A DNA stretch of 63,144 nucleotides, the filler included, from Circinaria calcarea (lineage: Eukaryota): NCBI GenBank assembly GCA_051942165.1. It is 6 parts of 6 records of this genome, joined end to end, with 100 filler letters (N's around TTAATTAATTAA, not from the genome) between each part and the next. Parts side by side here need not be neighbours in the genome. Positions count along the whole stretch, not along the records: positions 31,663 to 42,092 come from JAVECS010000805.1; positions 42,193 to 52,621 come from JAVECS010000806.1; 4 more parts are not named here. One strand, written 5' to 3'. The notes below the pieces were generated by a model that was not told the DNA's origin, ran no database searches, and saw nothing but the letters and a program-made list of their open reading frames with translations. Position numbers and translations under genes: made by a program. The stretch's first letter is position 1; each line of letters begins with the position of its first letter. Shown here piece after piece: positions 37,528 to 50,437 of this stretch.

Positions 37528-39075
37528 ATGCTGTTTCCCAGGCTTGCAATCTACCTATTGAGCACCCAGTCGGGAATAGTCATTGTTTCGGCCTGTCTGT
37601 TTTGCCTCATCGTGTTACAGATTTTCACGTTCTACTTATAATATGAGCAGCTGCTCCACAATATGTTGATCCAAAACCACTGCCACCATTTTTCGTAGGA
37701 GCTACAGATAGATGGCTACTCTCCTCCGCGCTAACCCTCCCACGCCCCCTGACCTGTACGAATGCAGTCCAGACTATGGGCGAGGTCTCCGGTCTGGCGA
37801 CTGTATACATGCAATCGCCGGCCTTCCCGGAGGATCTACAGAGGTTCGATTCACGACGGATAGAGAGGGTCATCCAATCAACCTGCCACTTTCTGCAACG
37901 CATGGTTAGTGCACATTAGTCATTTGGTGGAGTATCAGACCGGGCCGAGGACTGATTTGCTTCTCTGCTAGGTGAGTGTACCATTACAGTTGAGGTCGCC
38001 GGTCCCATTCTTCCTCGGTATTTTCCGGTTGTACCCAACAGGTTTCGTGAAATGGCGGGCTATGTCATTGAGCAATGTGTCGTTATAGAAGATGGAAAAG
38101 GTGGATATATCACTTCCGGCATCTCCAATATGATCCATTACGTTGTCGAGAATAATCTATTTCCTGAGGCAATCGATCTTACATTACGTAAGATCATCCG
38201 TCCCAAGAGTTGTGTGGCGAATGAGGGGACCTAACAACGACACAGCGCCAAACACTGCCTTTCTCACAGTCACCGTGAGCGGCAGAAGGGAGACAAAATC
38301 CGCAGTGCAATCGCCGGGAAACACCGACCCTGCTGTCCCACTACTCATTAGCAACTACATGGCCGGTTTACAAGGGATTGGAAGTTCAGACACCTCCCGT
38401 ATGCGTAAGGTTTCAAGTGTTGGTCAGAAGATGTGGGAACTGCGTAGTCAAGGCATGAAACGGGACAAGTCGGAAACATGGTGGATAGGAATTCCGCCCT
38501 CAAGAGTCAACCAGATGGTCTATGAATGCGACGCAGGTCTGGGAAACCCACCAGTTGTAGACTGCCTTCAAATCGAATGGAGCCAGCTCCGCTCGGGATC
38601 TGCTGGAGGCTCATTAGACACGGTGAGGGTTGGACCCAAGGCCGTTCAAGTCTTACATTCAAGTGAGTGACGAAAAGGATATTTCGTACCCGATAAGATG
38701 CCATGTCACACATACTGATATGCTCGCCGAACAGATACCTGCTACCTTGCTATCTCGGCTTCTGTTTCTCTTGTACTTAGCTGGGAACAGGTTCAAGCCG
38801 CAGTTGCCACCCTCATGAACATGTGCATTCAAACTCCAGCAGCTGGCCCACGAGGAGGTAGGGCGTACTACAGGCCCCCTGAGAGAGTTACACGTCGGAT
38901 GAAGGATCGACGGGATAACCCACCGCTCACGGGACTGAATGCTTTGCCTCCGCATGCAAACATCACGATCTTTCAGCAACAAGAGCCATGGACGAATCTG
39001 GCCGTCGAGCTCCAATCGTGCACCTTGAACGCGGCCCTGCAGGGAAACCCCGTATCGAAATGTAACAAGAAATAG
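37528..39075 (+). CDS. Cys-patterned two-domain effector-like protein; 5' end uncertain or disrupted
   Basis: Introns 37905-37971, 38188-38245 and 38663-38735 join 37712-39075 into one frame with two YEC...DC...C...C...GG units. The hydrophobic leader from ATG 37528 meets a stop. Confidence 0.65.
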
Positions 39076-39519
39076 AGACTATAATACATCTTAAGGTCAT
39101 TAATAGCACCAAAGTCATCATGGGTGGCTTAGAATTCGCCAAATTGCGTAAGCATACTGTAGTTCATATATCTATACATAGTAGGGGTTCAAGGAGCTCT
39201 AATTATATTTGTTCATATTGCCATCATTATCCTTTGACTTGGTCTTCTCATTGACACAGCGAAGCCCACGAACTTCCATGCTGTAGTCGCTACCTAAGTT
39301 TTCACCAGACTGTGGGCGGGATAAACCATTGCCTTATTATAGTTCTAGATAGAATCTACGCTAAGATAAGATAGTGAGCTTGAGATTTTATTGTCAATTC
39401 AGGATGGAGGACACACCTCGTGTGCGTAGGTACCTGGGATAGGAAAAACAAGTTGGCGCACAGATTAGCTGTCTATTGATGCGCTATACCACATTTTCAT
39501 TAGACTTAAGGTAACGAAG

Positions 39520-41535
39520 ATGGGGGTTGGAAGACGTATGAAGAAACAAGGGCCTCCTGCACCATTAGATGAATCACGGACATCATCGCTGAAGCAGAGA
39601 AAAGCTTTGGACCTTACAATCAATGCTAGGGGGAAGAAGCGGAAGGCTTCTGGAGAGATTGTCATACCTGCGACTGCTGCAAAGAAGCAAGCCAACGGAA
39701 AATCCGATTCTGGGTTGAAGAGGACGACGAAAGATACTTTTACAAATGGGAAACCAACACGAGCCTACGAAGGGAGGTCAAGGGCATCGATAGCAAGGTC
39801 TGCTGAGCAGCTGGCTGCATCAGCTGATATTTCAAACGATGATGCCGCAGACCTGAGTGGTGGAGATTACAAAGATGATGGCGTTGAAGTACTAGGCGGT
39901 GCCGACGAGGACTTGGATTTTGATGGTGGAGGGTTACAGGATGAGTTTCTTGGGTCTGAATCATCGGTCTACGACTCAGATCCCGATCAAAAGAGAGCAA
40001 TGTTCTCGGAAGATGAAGGGGAATCTGACGCCGAGGAGAAGTTGACAGCTGCCAATATTGAAGGACTATCGAGGCGGCTAGATACTGCACAGGAGGACGA
40101 GGCCACAGAGGCGCAATTGGAATTGGAAGAAGCGGCATTGCAGACGAACATTGATGGTGATCGGCTCAAGGTCCTTGAGGAAGCTGAAGGAGATGAGGAG
40201 GGCACAACAGCAGCTACAAGGCTGGCGCCAGACCTGCAACTCCTCCGAACGCGGATAACAGACACCGTCCGGATTCTAGACGACTTTTCGAAACTTTCCG
40301 AAGGAGGCAGATCCCGTGCCGACTACACAGCCCAATTGCTCAAAGACATCTGCGCCTACTACGGCTACTCCCCGTTCCTTGCAGAAAAACTCTTCAACCT
40401 CTTCCCGCCCCGCGAAGCTTTTGCCTTTTTCGAAGCCAACGAGTCCGCCCGCCCCGTCGTCATCCGCACCAACACCCTTCGTACTCATCGCCGTGACCTT
40501 GCGCAGTCGCTCATCAACCGCGGCGTCACCCTCGAACCTGTAGGGAAATGGTCCAAAGTTGGATTACAAGTCTTCGAAAGCCAGGTCCCGCTTGGTGCAA
40601 CACCGGAATACCTGGCTGGGCACTACATCCTCCAGGCAGCCTCCTCTTTTCTGCCTGTTATGGCGCTCGCTCCGCAAGAGCACGAGCGTATCCTTGATAT
40701 GGCCGCTGCTCCCGGTGGGAAAACGACTTACGTTGCTGCGCTCATGAAGAACACCGGGTGCATCTTCGCCAACGATAGTAACAAAACCCGTGCCAAAGGT
40801 CTGATCGGTAACATCCACCGTCTCGGCGCGAAGAACACCATCGTTTGCAACTACGACGCGCGTGAGTTTCCCAAAGTAATCGGTGGCTTCGATCGCGTGC
40901 TCCTTGATGCCCCTTGTTCCGGTACGGGCGTCATAGCCAAAGATCCCAGCGTGAAAACGAACAAAAACGAAAAGGACTTTATGCTGCTCCCGCACCTGCA
41001 GAAGCAAATCCTCCTCTCCGCCATCGACTCGGTCGACCACGCCAGCAAAACCGGCGGCTACATTGTGTACTCGACCTGCAGCGTCACGGTGGAAGAAAAC
41101 GAGCAAGTGGTCCAGTACGCGCTGTCGAAACGACCCAACGTCCGCCTTGTGGAAACAGGTCTCACATTTGGCGTCGAAGGGTTCGTCAACTACATGGGCA
41201 AGACATTCGACTCCACGATGAAACTGACGCGTAGGTATTATCCGCACAAGTACAATGTGGATGGCTTCTTCGTCAGCAAGTTCAAGAAGGTGGGACCTTC
41301 ACCTGGTGCTGCTGTGGGAGGAGGGAAGGGTAGTGGGAGTGGGAACGGGAATGTTGCCGGCAAGGAAGTGGTGGATGGAGTAGACGATAAGGTGGAGATC
41401 CGGGACGAGGACAAGGAGGATATGTTTGGGGGCTTTGATGAAGAGGAGGATGAGAAGTACATGGAGAAGGTGCGGCGGAGCCGGTTGAGGAGGAAAGGGC
41501 TGGATCCGAAGGCGACGAGGAATCGAAAAGCTTGA
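39520..41535 (+). CDS. NOP2: 25S rRNA cytosine-C5 methyltransferase Nop2
   Basis: GATPEYLAGHY, ILDMAAAPGGKT, FDRVLLDAPCSGTG, VYSTCS, NVDGFFV; 671 aa, intronless. Confidence 0.97.
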   Translation: MGVGRRMKKQGPPAPLDESRTSSLKQRKALDLTINARGKKRKASGEIVIPATAAKKQANGKSDSGLKRTTKDTFTNGKPTRAYEGRSRASIARSAEQLAASADISNDDAADLSGGDYKDDGVEVLGGADEDLDFDGGGLQDEFLGSESSVYDSDPDQKRAMFSEDEGESDAEEKLTAANIEGLSRRLDTAQEDEATEAQLELEEAALQTNIDGDRLKVLEEAEGDEEGTTAATRLAPDLQLLRTRITDTVRILDDFSKLSEGGRSRADYTAQLLKDICAYYGYSPFLAEKLFNLFPPREAFAFFEANESARPVVIRTNTLRTHRRDLAQSLINRGVTLEPVGKWSKVGLQVFESQVPLGATPEYLAGHYILQAASSFLPVMALAPQEHERILDMAAAPGGKTTYVAALMKNTGCIFANDSNKTRAKGLIGNIHRLGAKNTIVCNYDAREFPKVIGGFDRVLLDAPCSGTGVIAKDPSVKTNKNEKDFMLLPHLQKQILLSAIDSVDHASKTGGYIVYSTCSVTVEENEQVVQYALSKRPNVRLVETGLTFGVEGFVNYMGKTFDSTMKLTRRYYPHKYNVDGFFVSKFKKVGPSPGAAVGGGKGSGSGNGNVAGKEVVDGVDDKVEIRDEDKEDMFGGFDEEEDEKYMEKVRRSRLRRKGLDPKATRNRKA

Positions 41536-41751
41536 ATTTTCTCTCCGGGGGCGGGGGTTGCAGGTGTTCTAGGTAGCTGTCAAGGGAAATTTTGGAATCA
41601 GATTTCTCAGTGAGAGGGGCAATAATAGGACCTTTTCATTGTACCATTTTTCTATCAACCAAGGTGAATCCCCCGTAAAACCCAAGTTTCGCGATACGAA
41701 ACGTCTTTGAAAGTTTTTATACCCGACCCGAGCAGACTAAAAAGCCAAATT

Positions 41752-41769
41752 GCGAAACGAAACGAAACT

Positions 41770-41809
<40 letters not shown>

Positions 41810-41810
41810 A
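41752..41810. repeat. (AAAACG)n hexamer microsatellite
   Basis: About 6 perfect plus several imperfect units; a related (GGTTTC)n run lies at about 41955-41985. Near a low-quality contig end. Confidence 0.8.
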
Positions 41811-42092
41811 AGCATAAAACAGAAACGCTTTTTCGTTCGTTTCCCATGACTTTCTATTTTCTCTTCTCATTTTCTTTTCTTTTCCCACTTCACGAAAAAA
41901 TCACAGCTTTTGAGGTTTTTTTCTTTTCTCCCTCGAAACCCCGTCCGCCCCCGTTTTCGGTTTTGGTTTCGGTTTCGGTTTCGGGTTTAGTAAAGAGGAA
42001 ACGGAGAGGAGAAGAATTGGAATTAGGCGAACTGTTTCTTGGCCCGTTTCAGATTTTGGGTTTTTGGGGGGAAGAGAGAAAGAGGAAAAGGG

Positions 42093-42192
42093 NNNNNNNN
42101 NNNNNNNNNNNNNNNNNNNNNNNNNNNNNNNNNNNNTTAATTAATTAANNNNNNNNNNNNNNNNNNNNNNNNNNNNNNNNNNNNNNNNNNNN
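42093..42192. other. Artificial contig spacer
   Basis: N44-TTAATTAATTAA-N44. Confidence 0.98.
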
Positions 42193-43157
42193 CTCCATAA
42201 GGCGAGATAAAAGGTCTTGATTCATAGGACCCGATACCTCTGACTTGCTCACCATGGCTTGTCTTTCTGCCATTCGTGTGGCTTGAAACACAATTTGGGC
42301 CGAATCGGGCTGCTTGAACAGCCGTGACATCAACGGAGTCCATTTCAAATGGGTGTCGACCCATGGAACCTGTCCAATCTTGAATCATATTAGATTCCAA
42401 CTTATACATATAGAGTTTCACGACTTACCAATGCAACTCTATTGAAATGTATATCGACATCATTAATGATATTATCCACGTCCTTCCCGGCCTCTAAGAA
42501 GCCATATCGTTTTGAGAATGTTAGTTCACCCAATGTGTCGTATACAAACATCTCAAGCCAAGTACCGAAGTCACAGGCTTTACCATGAACGTATAACTCG
42601 TCAATACGACCGAAGAAAACGCTGATTGATGTATCGACAAAATTCTCAAAGGAAACCATATTAGTCATCGAAAAGATTTTGGCGACAGGTTTCTTCAATT
42701 GACGGTGGAGATCGGCTGGCAATGGTGAGATTGTACCAACCATAGCTTGGCCGTTCACATATGGAAGGATGACTCTGTAAAAGTCGGACTATCAAGCGAT
42801 CATCAACAACAAGAATTGTGCAAGACGAAGCCTAGGTTTTTGCTGTCACACCTTTTGAAATTTGTAGGTATATCCGTAGATGGTGGGAATCTCTGCGGGG
42901 TCTGCTACCGACACCATGTTTGGACCCAGACGAACCAGTTTCCCATACTTATCGTGTAGAGAAATATGCGTTAGAAACTGCTTCTTGGTCCAGGTCCAGT
43001 ACAGACGAGGCCCATTGGAGATTGCTGCGAGCAATGGTCCAGGGACAGTTCGAAGCCTATAGTAGGTGCGCAGAAGTTCTACAGCGTAAGCTAAAAGAAC
43101 TGTCCACGCAATGAGAGCCAGAACCCCGACTGGGAGGTATTCTCCCAAAAAAGCCAT
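42193..43157 (-). CDS. Cytochrome P450 (pisatin demethylase-like), 5' part
   Basis: N-terminal TM helix, LRTVPGPLLAAIS, LHDKYGKLVRLGPNMVSVADP, FVYDTLGELTFSKRYGFL. Truncated by the contig start. Confidence 0.88.
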
Positions 43158-43798
43158 GCTGGGTAGCTGGTCAAGGAGTGAACACAGCGTGTGTGTTTGG
43201 ATCGTGCTTGCAATCCATAGCTATAGACTGGGCGCTATTGTTTTGGAAAAGAGCAATCAGCCCTCAGAAATCAGCGATCGACGGTCACTGATCACCGATC
43301 ACCGACCAGCAGCCAACAGCCAGCAGCCAGCAACCAGCAGCTAGACGGACTGCCTCCAAAACGGCATTCATGTACTACGCTGCGTTGCATTGATTTTCAA
43401 AGGTTGGATGGAACACCTTGAAAATGCAAAGGCTGGGTCGCTGAGCCGTGATAGGCGGCCTTGCTCGATCAAGCTTTGCCACTTATCTTGACCCCAGGAC
43501 GAAAAAAGCGAGCAATGTTGCGTGAAGTGGTGGCCTTACTCGGTAAAAGCCGGTTGGATGTCTGCCCCCGAGCCTCTTTCTCGGAAGCACCCTCCAAACA
43601 TCCACCCACACCATCGTCTCCCTTTGCGCCTTCTGATTCGCTCAAGATGGCACGCGGCGTGTTTGACCCTTTCACAGAATGCTCCTTAGTTAAATAAGGC
43701 AAAGTGGCCGCAAGACTTTGGAATAAAATGCCGCAGTAAGGCATCCAGTGGTTGCGGCGTGGAAGTACAGACGGAACAGAGCTACAAAGCCATAGGCG

Positions 43799-44231
43799 AT
43801 GAAGCTCTATAGCGAAGGTACTGGGTATAGTCTTGAACACGTGGTAGACGGCCACCCCTGGCTATCCATTGGGAACGGCACAGTGGTCGACGTAAGTTAT
43901 CTCCGAGGGTCTCAAAATAGTCCCATCAAGCAGCTTGTTGATATGTATCTTCCAGATCTGTGGCTCTCTCGGCTTCGTTTGCTCTCGCCTCGCGCAATCG
44001 TTTCCTTATCTAAATTTCGTGGTACAAGACCTTCCATCTGCCATCGAGCCTGGCCGCACACAATTGCCTCCAGAGCTGTTGGACGGCATCAAGTTCATGG
44101 CTCATGATTTCTTGACAGAACAGCCGGTCAGGGGGACTGACGTTTACCTGTTCCGCTGGGTCCTTCATAATTGGTCGGATAAATACGCTGTCCAGATACT
44201 CCGAAACTTGATTCCGGCCCTTAAGCAATGA
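43799..44231 (+). pseudogene. O-methyltransferase remnant (fungal secondary-metabolite OMT family)
   Basis: GTVVD|ICGSLG...FVVQDLP...FMAHDFLTEQPVRGTDVYLFRWVLHNWSDKYAVQILRNLIPALK then a premature TGA. No intact N-terminal half upstream. Confidence 0.75.
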
Positions 44232-44694
44232 CCTCGTCCTTCCCGAGCCGGGTGTACTTCCCGCGTGCGGCGTGCTGCGTGCTGTACTACTTCCCGCTAC
44301 ATGATAAATCTCCAATAGGCATGTCGCTATCCAGTTGTGGCCGACATCTGGCGTTCCCACATCATAGAGAACGAAATGTGTGCAACCCTTTTCAAACTGC
44401 CTTCGGTAGAATATGTGGATAAGCTACTGCTTTTGCTTTGCTAACTTTGCCCTGAGGCGACAGGATTTATCGCCGATCTCGAGATGCAGGGCAAGCAGAT
44501 GGCCGGTTTGCATGCCTACAACGTGTGAATTTTCTCTTCATGCATTGCGAGGATTGAAATAATATCCTGCGTTACTCTATTTTTGCAAATGCGATTTCCG
44601 ATTCTATATCATCTCTAAAATCCTCCTTGGCTTCTCATGTCCTTTTGCTTAGTTTCTATATGATATACTAGTGGCCTGATTAAGCTGCCCTATT

Positions 44695-46181
44695 ATGTCT
44701 TCTTCTGCGTACACGGAATCATGGACCTTGTATGGGGTCGCGAGCTTCGTGGTATTCTGTCGTTTGTGAGTCGGTGTATTCGTCTACCGCGGCGCCATCT
44801 GACCGTCAAAAAGCGCGGCCCGGTCGATACTCCTGGGATCCCCAAAACGGTTGCAGCTGGAGGACTATGTAATGGCATTGACCTTTGTGAGTGTCTTCTT
44901 ACCGTTAAAGTTGCGTTGGTTACTCAGACCTAACTTATCTGACTCGCCACTGTTAGGCTTTTTATACAGCTCTCACAGTCTCAATCAATATCAGCATCAG
45001 ACACCAGCAAACGAATATTCTGATTGGCGTACCACCGGAAAGTCTCACCCCTAATAACATTCGACTCCGGATTTACGGCAGCAAATTCGCACTGCTCACC
45101 GAGCAATGCATGGTTATGACACAGTGGGGTACTAAGGCATCCTTGCTTATGCTGTACTTCAAGTTGACGTGAGTGATAATCTGTTTCCTGGCTATCTCGG
45201 GGCTGCAGAAGCTGACCTTTCCGCAAAGTTCCGGTTTGAGGGAGCAGCTTTATGTCAAGCTTCTAGCAGGCTACATCGCTACTACATGGCTGGTGCTTGA
45301 AATCTGCTTTTTCGCAGTCTGGTGCCGACCATTTACACAATATTGGGCTGTTCCCGCCAACAGCAGTATGGTAATCGCAAAACGTATATATTCGAGCCTA
45401 GCTAATTTGAAATTGTGCGAATAGCTCAATGCACCAATGCCGCACATCACCTGATAATGTCTACTTGCTTTAACCTCACAGCTGATATTCTTTTAATTCT
45501 GATTCCCCTTCCTATTTATATTCGCTCTCAAATTCCCTTGAGAAAGTATGGTCCCTTTGGGTGCATGGATAATAATCGGGAGAGCGCAAAGCTAATTTGT
45601 CCCAGGAAAATAACCCTGTGCGTCGTGTTCAGCCTCGGTATCTTTGTGGTAAATACTCCACTTATGAATTCATGAAAAATTCCTAACGGAATCACCAGAT
45701 CCTCTCAGCAGTTCTTAACAAATACTACTCCTTCGACCACCCCGACGCGCCCAACTGGATCTTCTGGTATATCCGTGAAGCCTCCACCTCGGTTCTGGTC
45801 ACCAACATCCCCTGCTGCGGGCCCCTCCTCCGGCACGCCGTCATTCTCAGTGGCCTCAACTCCCGCAAAACCCTTGTCAACCCGGCCTCGAAGAACTCCC
45901 AGCCTAGCAGTTCCAAAACCAAAGCAACCGAACTCGGCATATGGGGAGGAAGTACGAAGAAAGGTGCGGAACCGCGCTCCGAAAGCATGGAGGAGATCAC
46001 CGGCAAAAATGAGCCACTGGAGATCTGGCAGCAGCGGGAGTTTCGGGTGGAGGGTCCAGAAGCCCAAAGCCAGAGAAGCGAGGGTTGGGAGGATAGCCAA
46101 CGGAAGTACAACCCGACCGGCTTGTCTGAGGAGTACAAGACCCGGTCGACTGTTACCACCGGGACATTCCCGACGCATTAG
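44695..46181 (+). CDS. Pth11-like (fungal rhodopsin-domain) integral membrane protein, multi-exon
   Basis: Spliced: TESWTLYGVASFVVFCR|...LEDYVM...WGTKASLLMLYFKLT...WCRPFTQYWAVP...FNLTADILLILIPLP...FSLGIFV|ILSAVLNKYYSF...WYIREASTSVLVTNIP. Confidence 0.85.
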
Positions 46182-47581
46182 GTTCAAACAGTGTAAAGGG
46201 GCCCCCTGACACAAGTAATAAATATATGAATTGGGTTGGCAATATTTATTTAGGATGAACTCTGCTGGATAAGAATAAAATAAAATATATTAGGCTTAGT
46301 TTTCCTTTGCATAATTTTAAAAGCTTGACCTCATAGTAATAATCATATACGAAAATCGCGCGGTGTTAAATACTACATATTGATAAAATCGCGCAGCCCT
46401 TATAGCTCCCCGGCAAGATATTCGTGTTCAATACGAATACATAACTATTAAATCAAATCGCTTTTCAATCAATTCCAATGCCGAGTATTACTTATTTTAT
46501 TAGATGCTTATCCACTCCGATTCAATGCCTTTGTACACAAACCTGCTGCATCCCGATTTCTCCCCCCCGTACTCCGTACGATCTGGCCCCGAATCCCAAC
46601 TGCAACCCCTTTCCAATTCGAACCACCCCCCTCCATCCTTGTATCGCAAGTCCCCGACACCCAGACCCAGAACCGGTCACCGCTTGCAGACACGAGTGAG
46701 CGAGAGAGGACTGACTACCGTAGCTCTTGAGGGCAACCAAGGGGGGAGCAGACGTTGTCCACCTCCCGCTTTACGCTAGCGCTGGGGCGGACCACATTCG
46801 GGGGATCTCTCTTATCATGCCCCTCAATCACCAATGCAAAAACCCCTCCCCGGCTTGCATGATTCGAGAAGGAGATTGGAAACAAGGATTGCGCAGATGC
46901 AAATGACTGGCAATTCTCCCCGGGGACGACCTTGTCGGTCGTTGTATTTTCCCGTTTTCCGTTCCCGATTGTTACCTTTTCGCCCGAAATCCCCCACTGA
47001 CGTGTGCTTTCGTCGACCAAGCCTGTCATTATTCCAAACAGCAATGGTGGGGGCGCACCGACTGCGAGATTGTATAAGCGTCGTCCATTATTTCCGCAAA
47101 TTGGCCCTTGATAACGCGGGTAGGATCCACTGGGCGTTGACCGGAACTGCAGGATGACCAGGAGGAGTTAGCTAGCCATGGCTGGGAGAAGCTAGGTGGG
47201 TTTGAAAACACTGCACGGAATCGGGAATGATAGATATGGTTGGCAGTCGCCAGCGCTTCAGTCCCACTTTATCTACATTGTTCCGCTAAAAGCGCCTATC
47301 AAAGTGGGGAACCTAATTGGAATAACTCGACCGGTGTGCCAGGGAGAATTGAGTTTACACACAGACACCCGCCGCGTCTCGTCCCGTCCCGTCTTGGAGG
47401 TGGGAAGTCAATAGTACTGGCCAGAAATTTCTTATGAGGGACTTATACGTGAGGGCAAATAGATTAGATACGCCTATCAATTCTGGAACGAAGGCCGTGT
47501 TTCATTCATCATCTTTATACACAGGCTTTATCTCGTACAATTTTATCGACAATATAACACGCAGACCGAGCTGTCGAATAA

Positions 47582-49424
47582 TCATCTGCCCAACACTCTA
47601 ATCTCTAGCGTTCGCAAGATAGGATAGAATATACAGACGGAAACCAAGGCCAAGTAATCACCCACATCGCCACCAACGGCACCAATCTTCTTGGCGACAG
47701 GTGCTACATACTGTGCGCGGCGTCAGCATTTGATACTATCTAAAGACCATATCGAAGAATAGTCACTGAACTCGTGTGTTAGAAGGAACTTACCCATGTT
47801 TGCGCCATACCTAGGAAGGAGAAACCGATTCCAATGACCAAAGCCCCGACACCGGCCAAACCCCAAGGCATGCGCTTTTGGTCTTGCCAGCCACTGAGAT
47901 CATAGCCACCGTTCCTTGGCCGGAATCCAAAGTGCTCGATGAAGAGAATGCACCCGAAACAAATGGTCCAATACCCGAGCATGGGAAGAAAATTCTGCAA
48001 TATCGTGTACAGCACGTCACGACCGCCCCAGGCTAGTGCGAGGATAATGGCTGAAATGACGGCACACCACACAAATCGGGGCACGGCCATGAAATGTTTA
48101 CCCCAAAGTTGAATAGAGAGAGCGCTGGAGTAGATGATAGCTACCAAATTGCCCACTAAAGTCCATAATTAGCCAAGTCGAATGGAAAGATCACGCTTGC
48201 TGCCATGAGGGAGGCAGAGGAGATACTCACAGAAGGAAAAGACGTAGAAAACGCACACAATTTTTGCCCATCCTAACGGCCGCATGGTCGCCAAGATAAG
48301 TGCACCCACCCCACCAGTTGAGAACACACCCAAGAGTTCTTTATTCGACATAACGAGACCTCCATAGTAATTACCCAGTATACAAACGAACCAGGTCGGG
48401 ATACAGAGTCCGACCAGAGTCAATCCGAACACTAGCCATCTGCTGGTCTTAGCGGGATAGTGCACATAGTAATCACCGCTAATGGCACACCATGCGGCGC
48501 TTTCGCCGAACACTATAGAGAAATAACGGAGCGCAGCCCCGCTATATTCGAGGCCAGTGACGAGGCTCAGACCTGGAGTTGGCGAGAAGAATTTTGCAGA
48601 CTGCCCCCATTGGACGCAAAGGAAGACGAAAGCTAGGATCCACGCATAGCGCTCATATTGATGTACGACACCGAATCCAAAGAAGGAGATGGCGAATGCA
48701 ACGGCTACGATGACTATTATCCCAACGACGAGTGGCAGGTTCCCGTCAAAAACCGCGTTGAGAAGCTGACCCCCGATGATACAGGCGATGGTACCAAATC
48801 CACAGTTCACAATGATATTGAGTAGACCGCAGATCTTGGCGCCCCAAATTCCAAAAGCATAGCGAGAAACGGCAATCTGGCGGAGACCGGTTGGAGCGCA
48901 AAGTGTGGCTGTGAAGGCGGGAATAGCAGATCCAGTCAGGGTCGCGAATATTGTCAATATAACGGAAATGTGGACAGAGAGGCCGAAGAGCGGACCAAGC
49001 ATCCCAGCCGGGATCAAGGCCGGACTCATCAACATGGAAAACCACAGGAAGATCATCTATCCAGCTTAACCGTCAGTCGGCGAGCTTGGTCGACGATAGA
49101 AGGGGCGCTTACGTTAAGTATGCCGGGCGGTTGGCGTTTATCATCGGGGATGCGCTCCACGCCCATTGCTTCGAACTTCATTTTGCGATGCATCCACGTT
49201 TCCGCCCCTCGAAGCCTTCTGAGAACACTATTCCCTTGACGGATCCTTATGACCTGGCCTTCTCCGGCGTCGTTGGGATCCATGACATGGTCGTGGGTGC
49301 TTTCGACAGAGGGTGTGCCCTCGGCCAAAGCACTTTCCACATCGACTTTATACGAGGTCTTCTGCTCTTGGTCCATCGAGGGCATAAGGTGAAGAAGATG
49401 GTAGCGGCTGGGTTGAAATTGCAC
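47582..49424 (-). CDS. NCS1 purine-cytosine permease (Fcy2/Tpn1-like)
   Basis: FEAMGVERIP, TGLRQIAVSRYAFG, FGFGVVHQYERYAW, SGDYYVHYP, VPRFVW, LQNFLPMLGYW, MAQTW|YVAP. Three introns; start ATG at 49424, 49385 or 49376. Confidence 0.9.
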
Positions 49425-50437
49425 TATGCGGGGAGACGGAGAGATAAGACTGAGGTGAGGGGACGGGATGGTGGAGATTCTATACTCAGATAGCCGTAAT
49501 CACTAGCAGCCATGAAGCAAACCCTTGACCACGCTTAAAGGTACGTGGATGCCCTGGCATTCCGGGAACTTGGTTGTGGCTTGCGAAAGATTGTCAAGTC
49601 CATTCGGTAGAAATGCAGGAGGCAGCCCGTTCTCACAGATAAAAGGAAAGTTCACGGAGTAGTCGTTAAAAGCCGAGCCGCGCCTGTCAGTTGCCGGAGG
49701 CCTGATGCGTCACCAACTCCAGCAACGAGTCAGAACATCTCAAACTGGGCTTCGAGCTGTCTGGGCTGCCTCAGGACCCCGCCTGCGTAACTTTGCGCCC
49801 TCTTAGGTAAGAAACTTGCGATTGCAATTGTGATTCACTCACACACAAAAGAGACACCCCTTGGAGCTCTGGCCAAAGAGGATAAAGGCCGAAGTGGCGA
49901 ACAAATTGCAACGGCTGTTCCCAGCCTTGCTTTGATCGTGCGCTCTGCTGTTGCATTCAGTTGGTGGCTTGGTCCTCGGTCTCATTATTTTAACTTGAGT
50001 CGCACCAGACATTTACCGTAGCCATAGTAAGCATCCGCTAATGCAGCTGAACCTGCCTCCGAAGCTGGACCCTTGGGTTGAAAATTGGGACCAGTCGGAG
50101 CCCGAGGCGGGTGAAGCACAAGTCGTGGGTGAAAATAACAATTATAGTACTAAATAAGCCCCTCACAGAAATTATAGCTCGTCAAATAAACGAAGACCTC
50201 GAACGTAGGTTCCCGCTCCAAGACTCGATCAATAGGTAGTGGGTACGGAGCACCCCTTATATACTAATTGTCTCATCGGCAACGAATTCTGCACACCGGC
50301 CTCGTGCCAGACAGTACTCCTTAGAGTTAGGCAAGCAACTGAAGACTTACACAACGCTTTGGAGACTTCCAACAAACTAGTCGATATGGGGTTTGTACGA
50401 GGTACGCATCCAATTATCATAAGTATGACTTTCGCTC

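Noticed and set aside
41750..42148. KR-repeat ORF
   Set aside because: Translation of a hexamer microsatellite in low-quality contig-end sequence.
43387..43428. Imperfect inverted repeat (TTTTCAAAGGT...ACCTTGAAAA)
   Set aside because: Short, mismatched and without a TSD; not enough for a MITE or RNA call.
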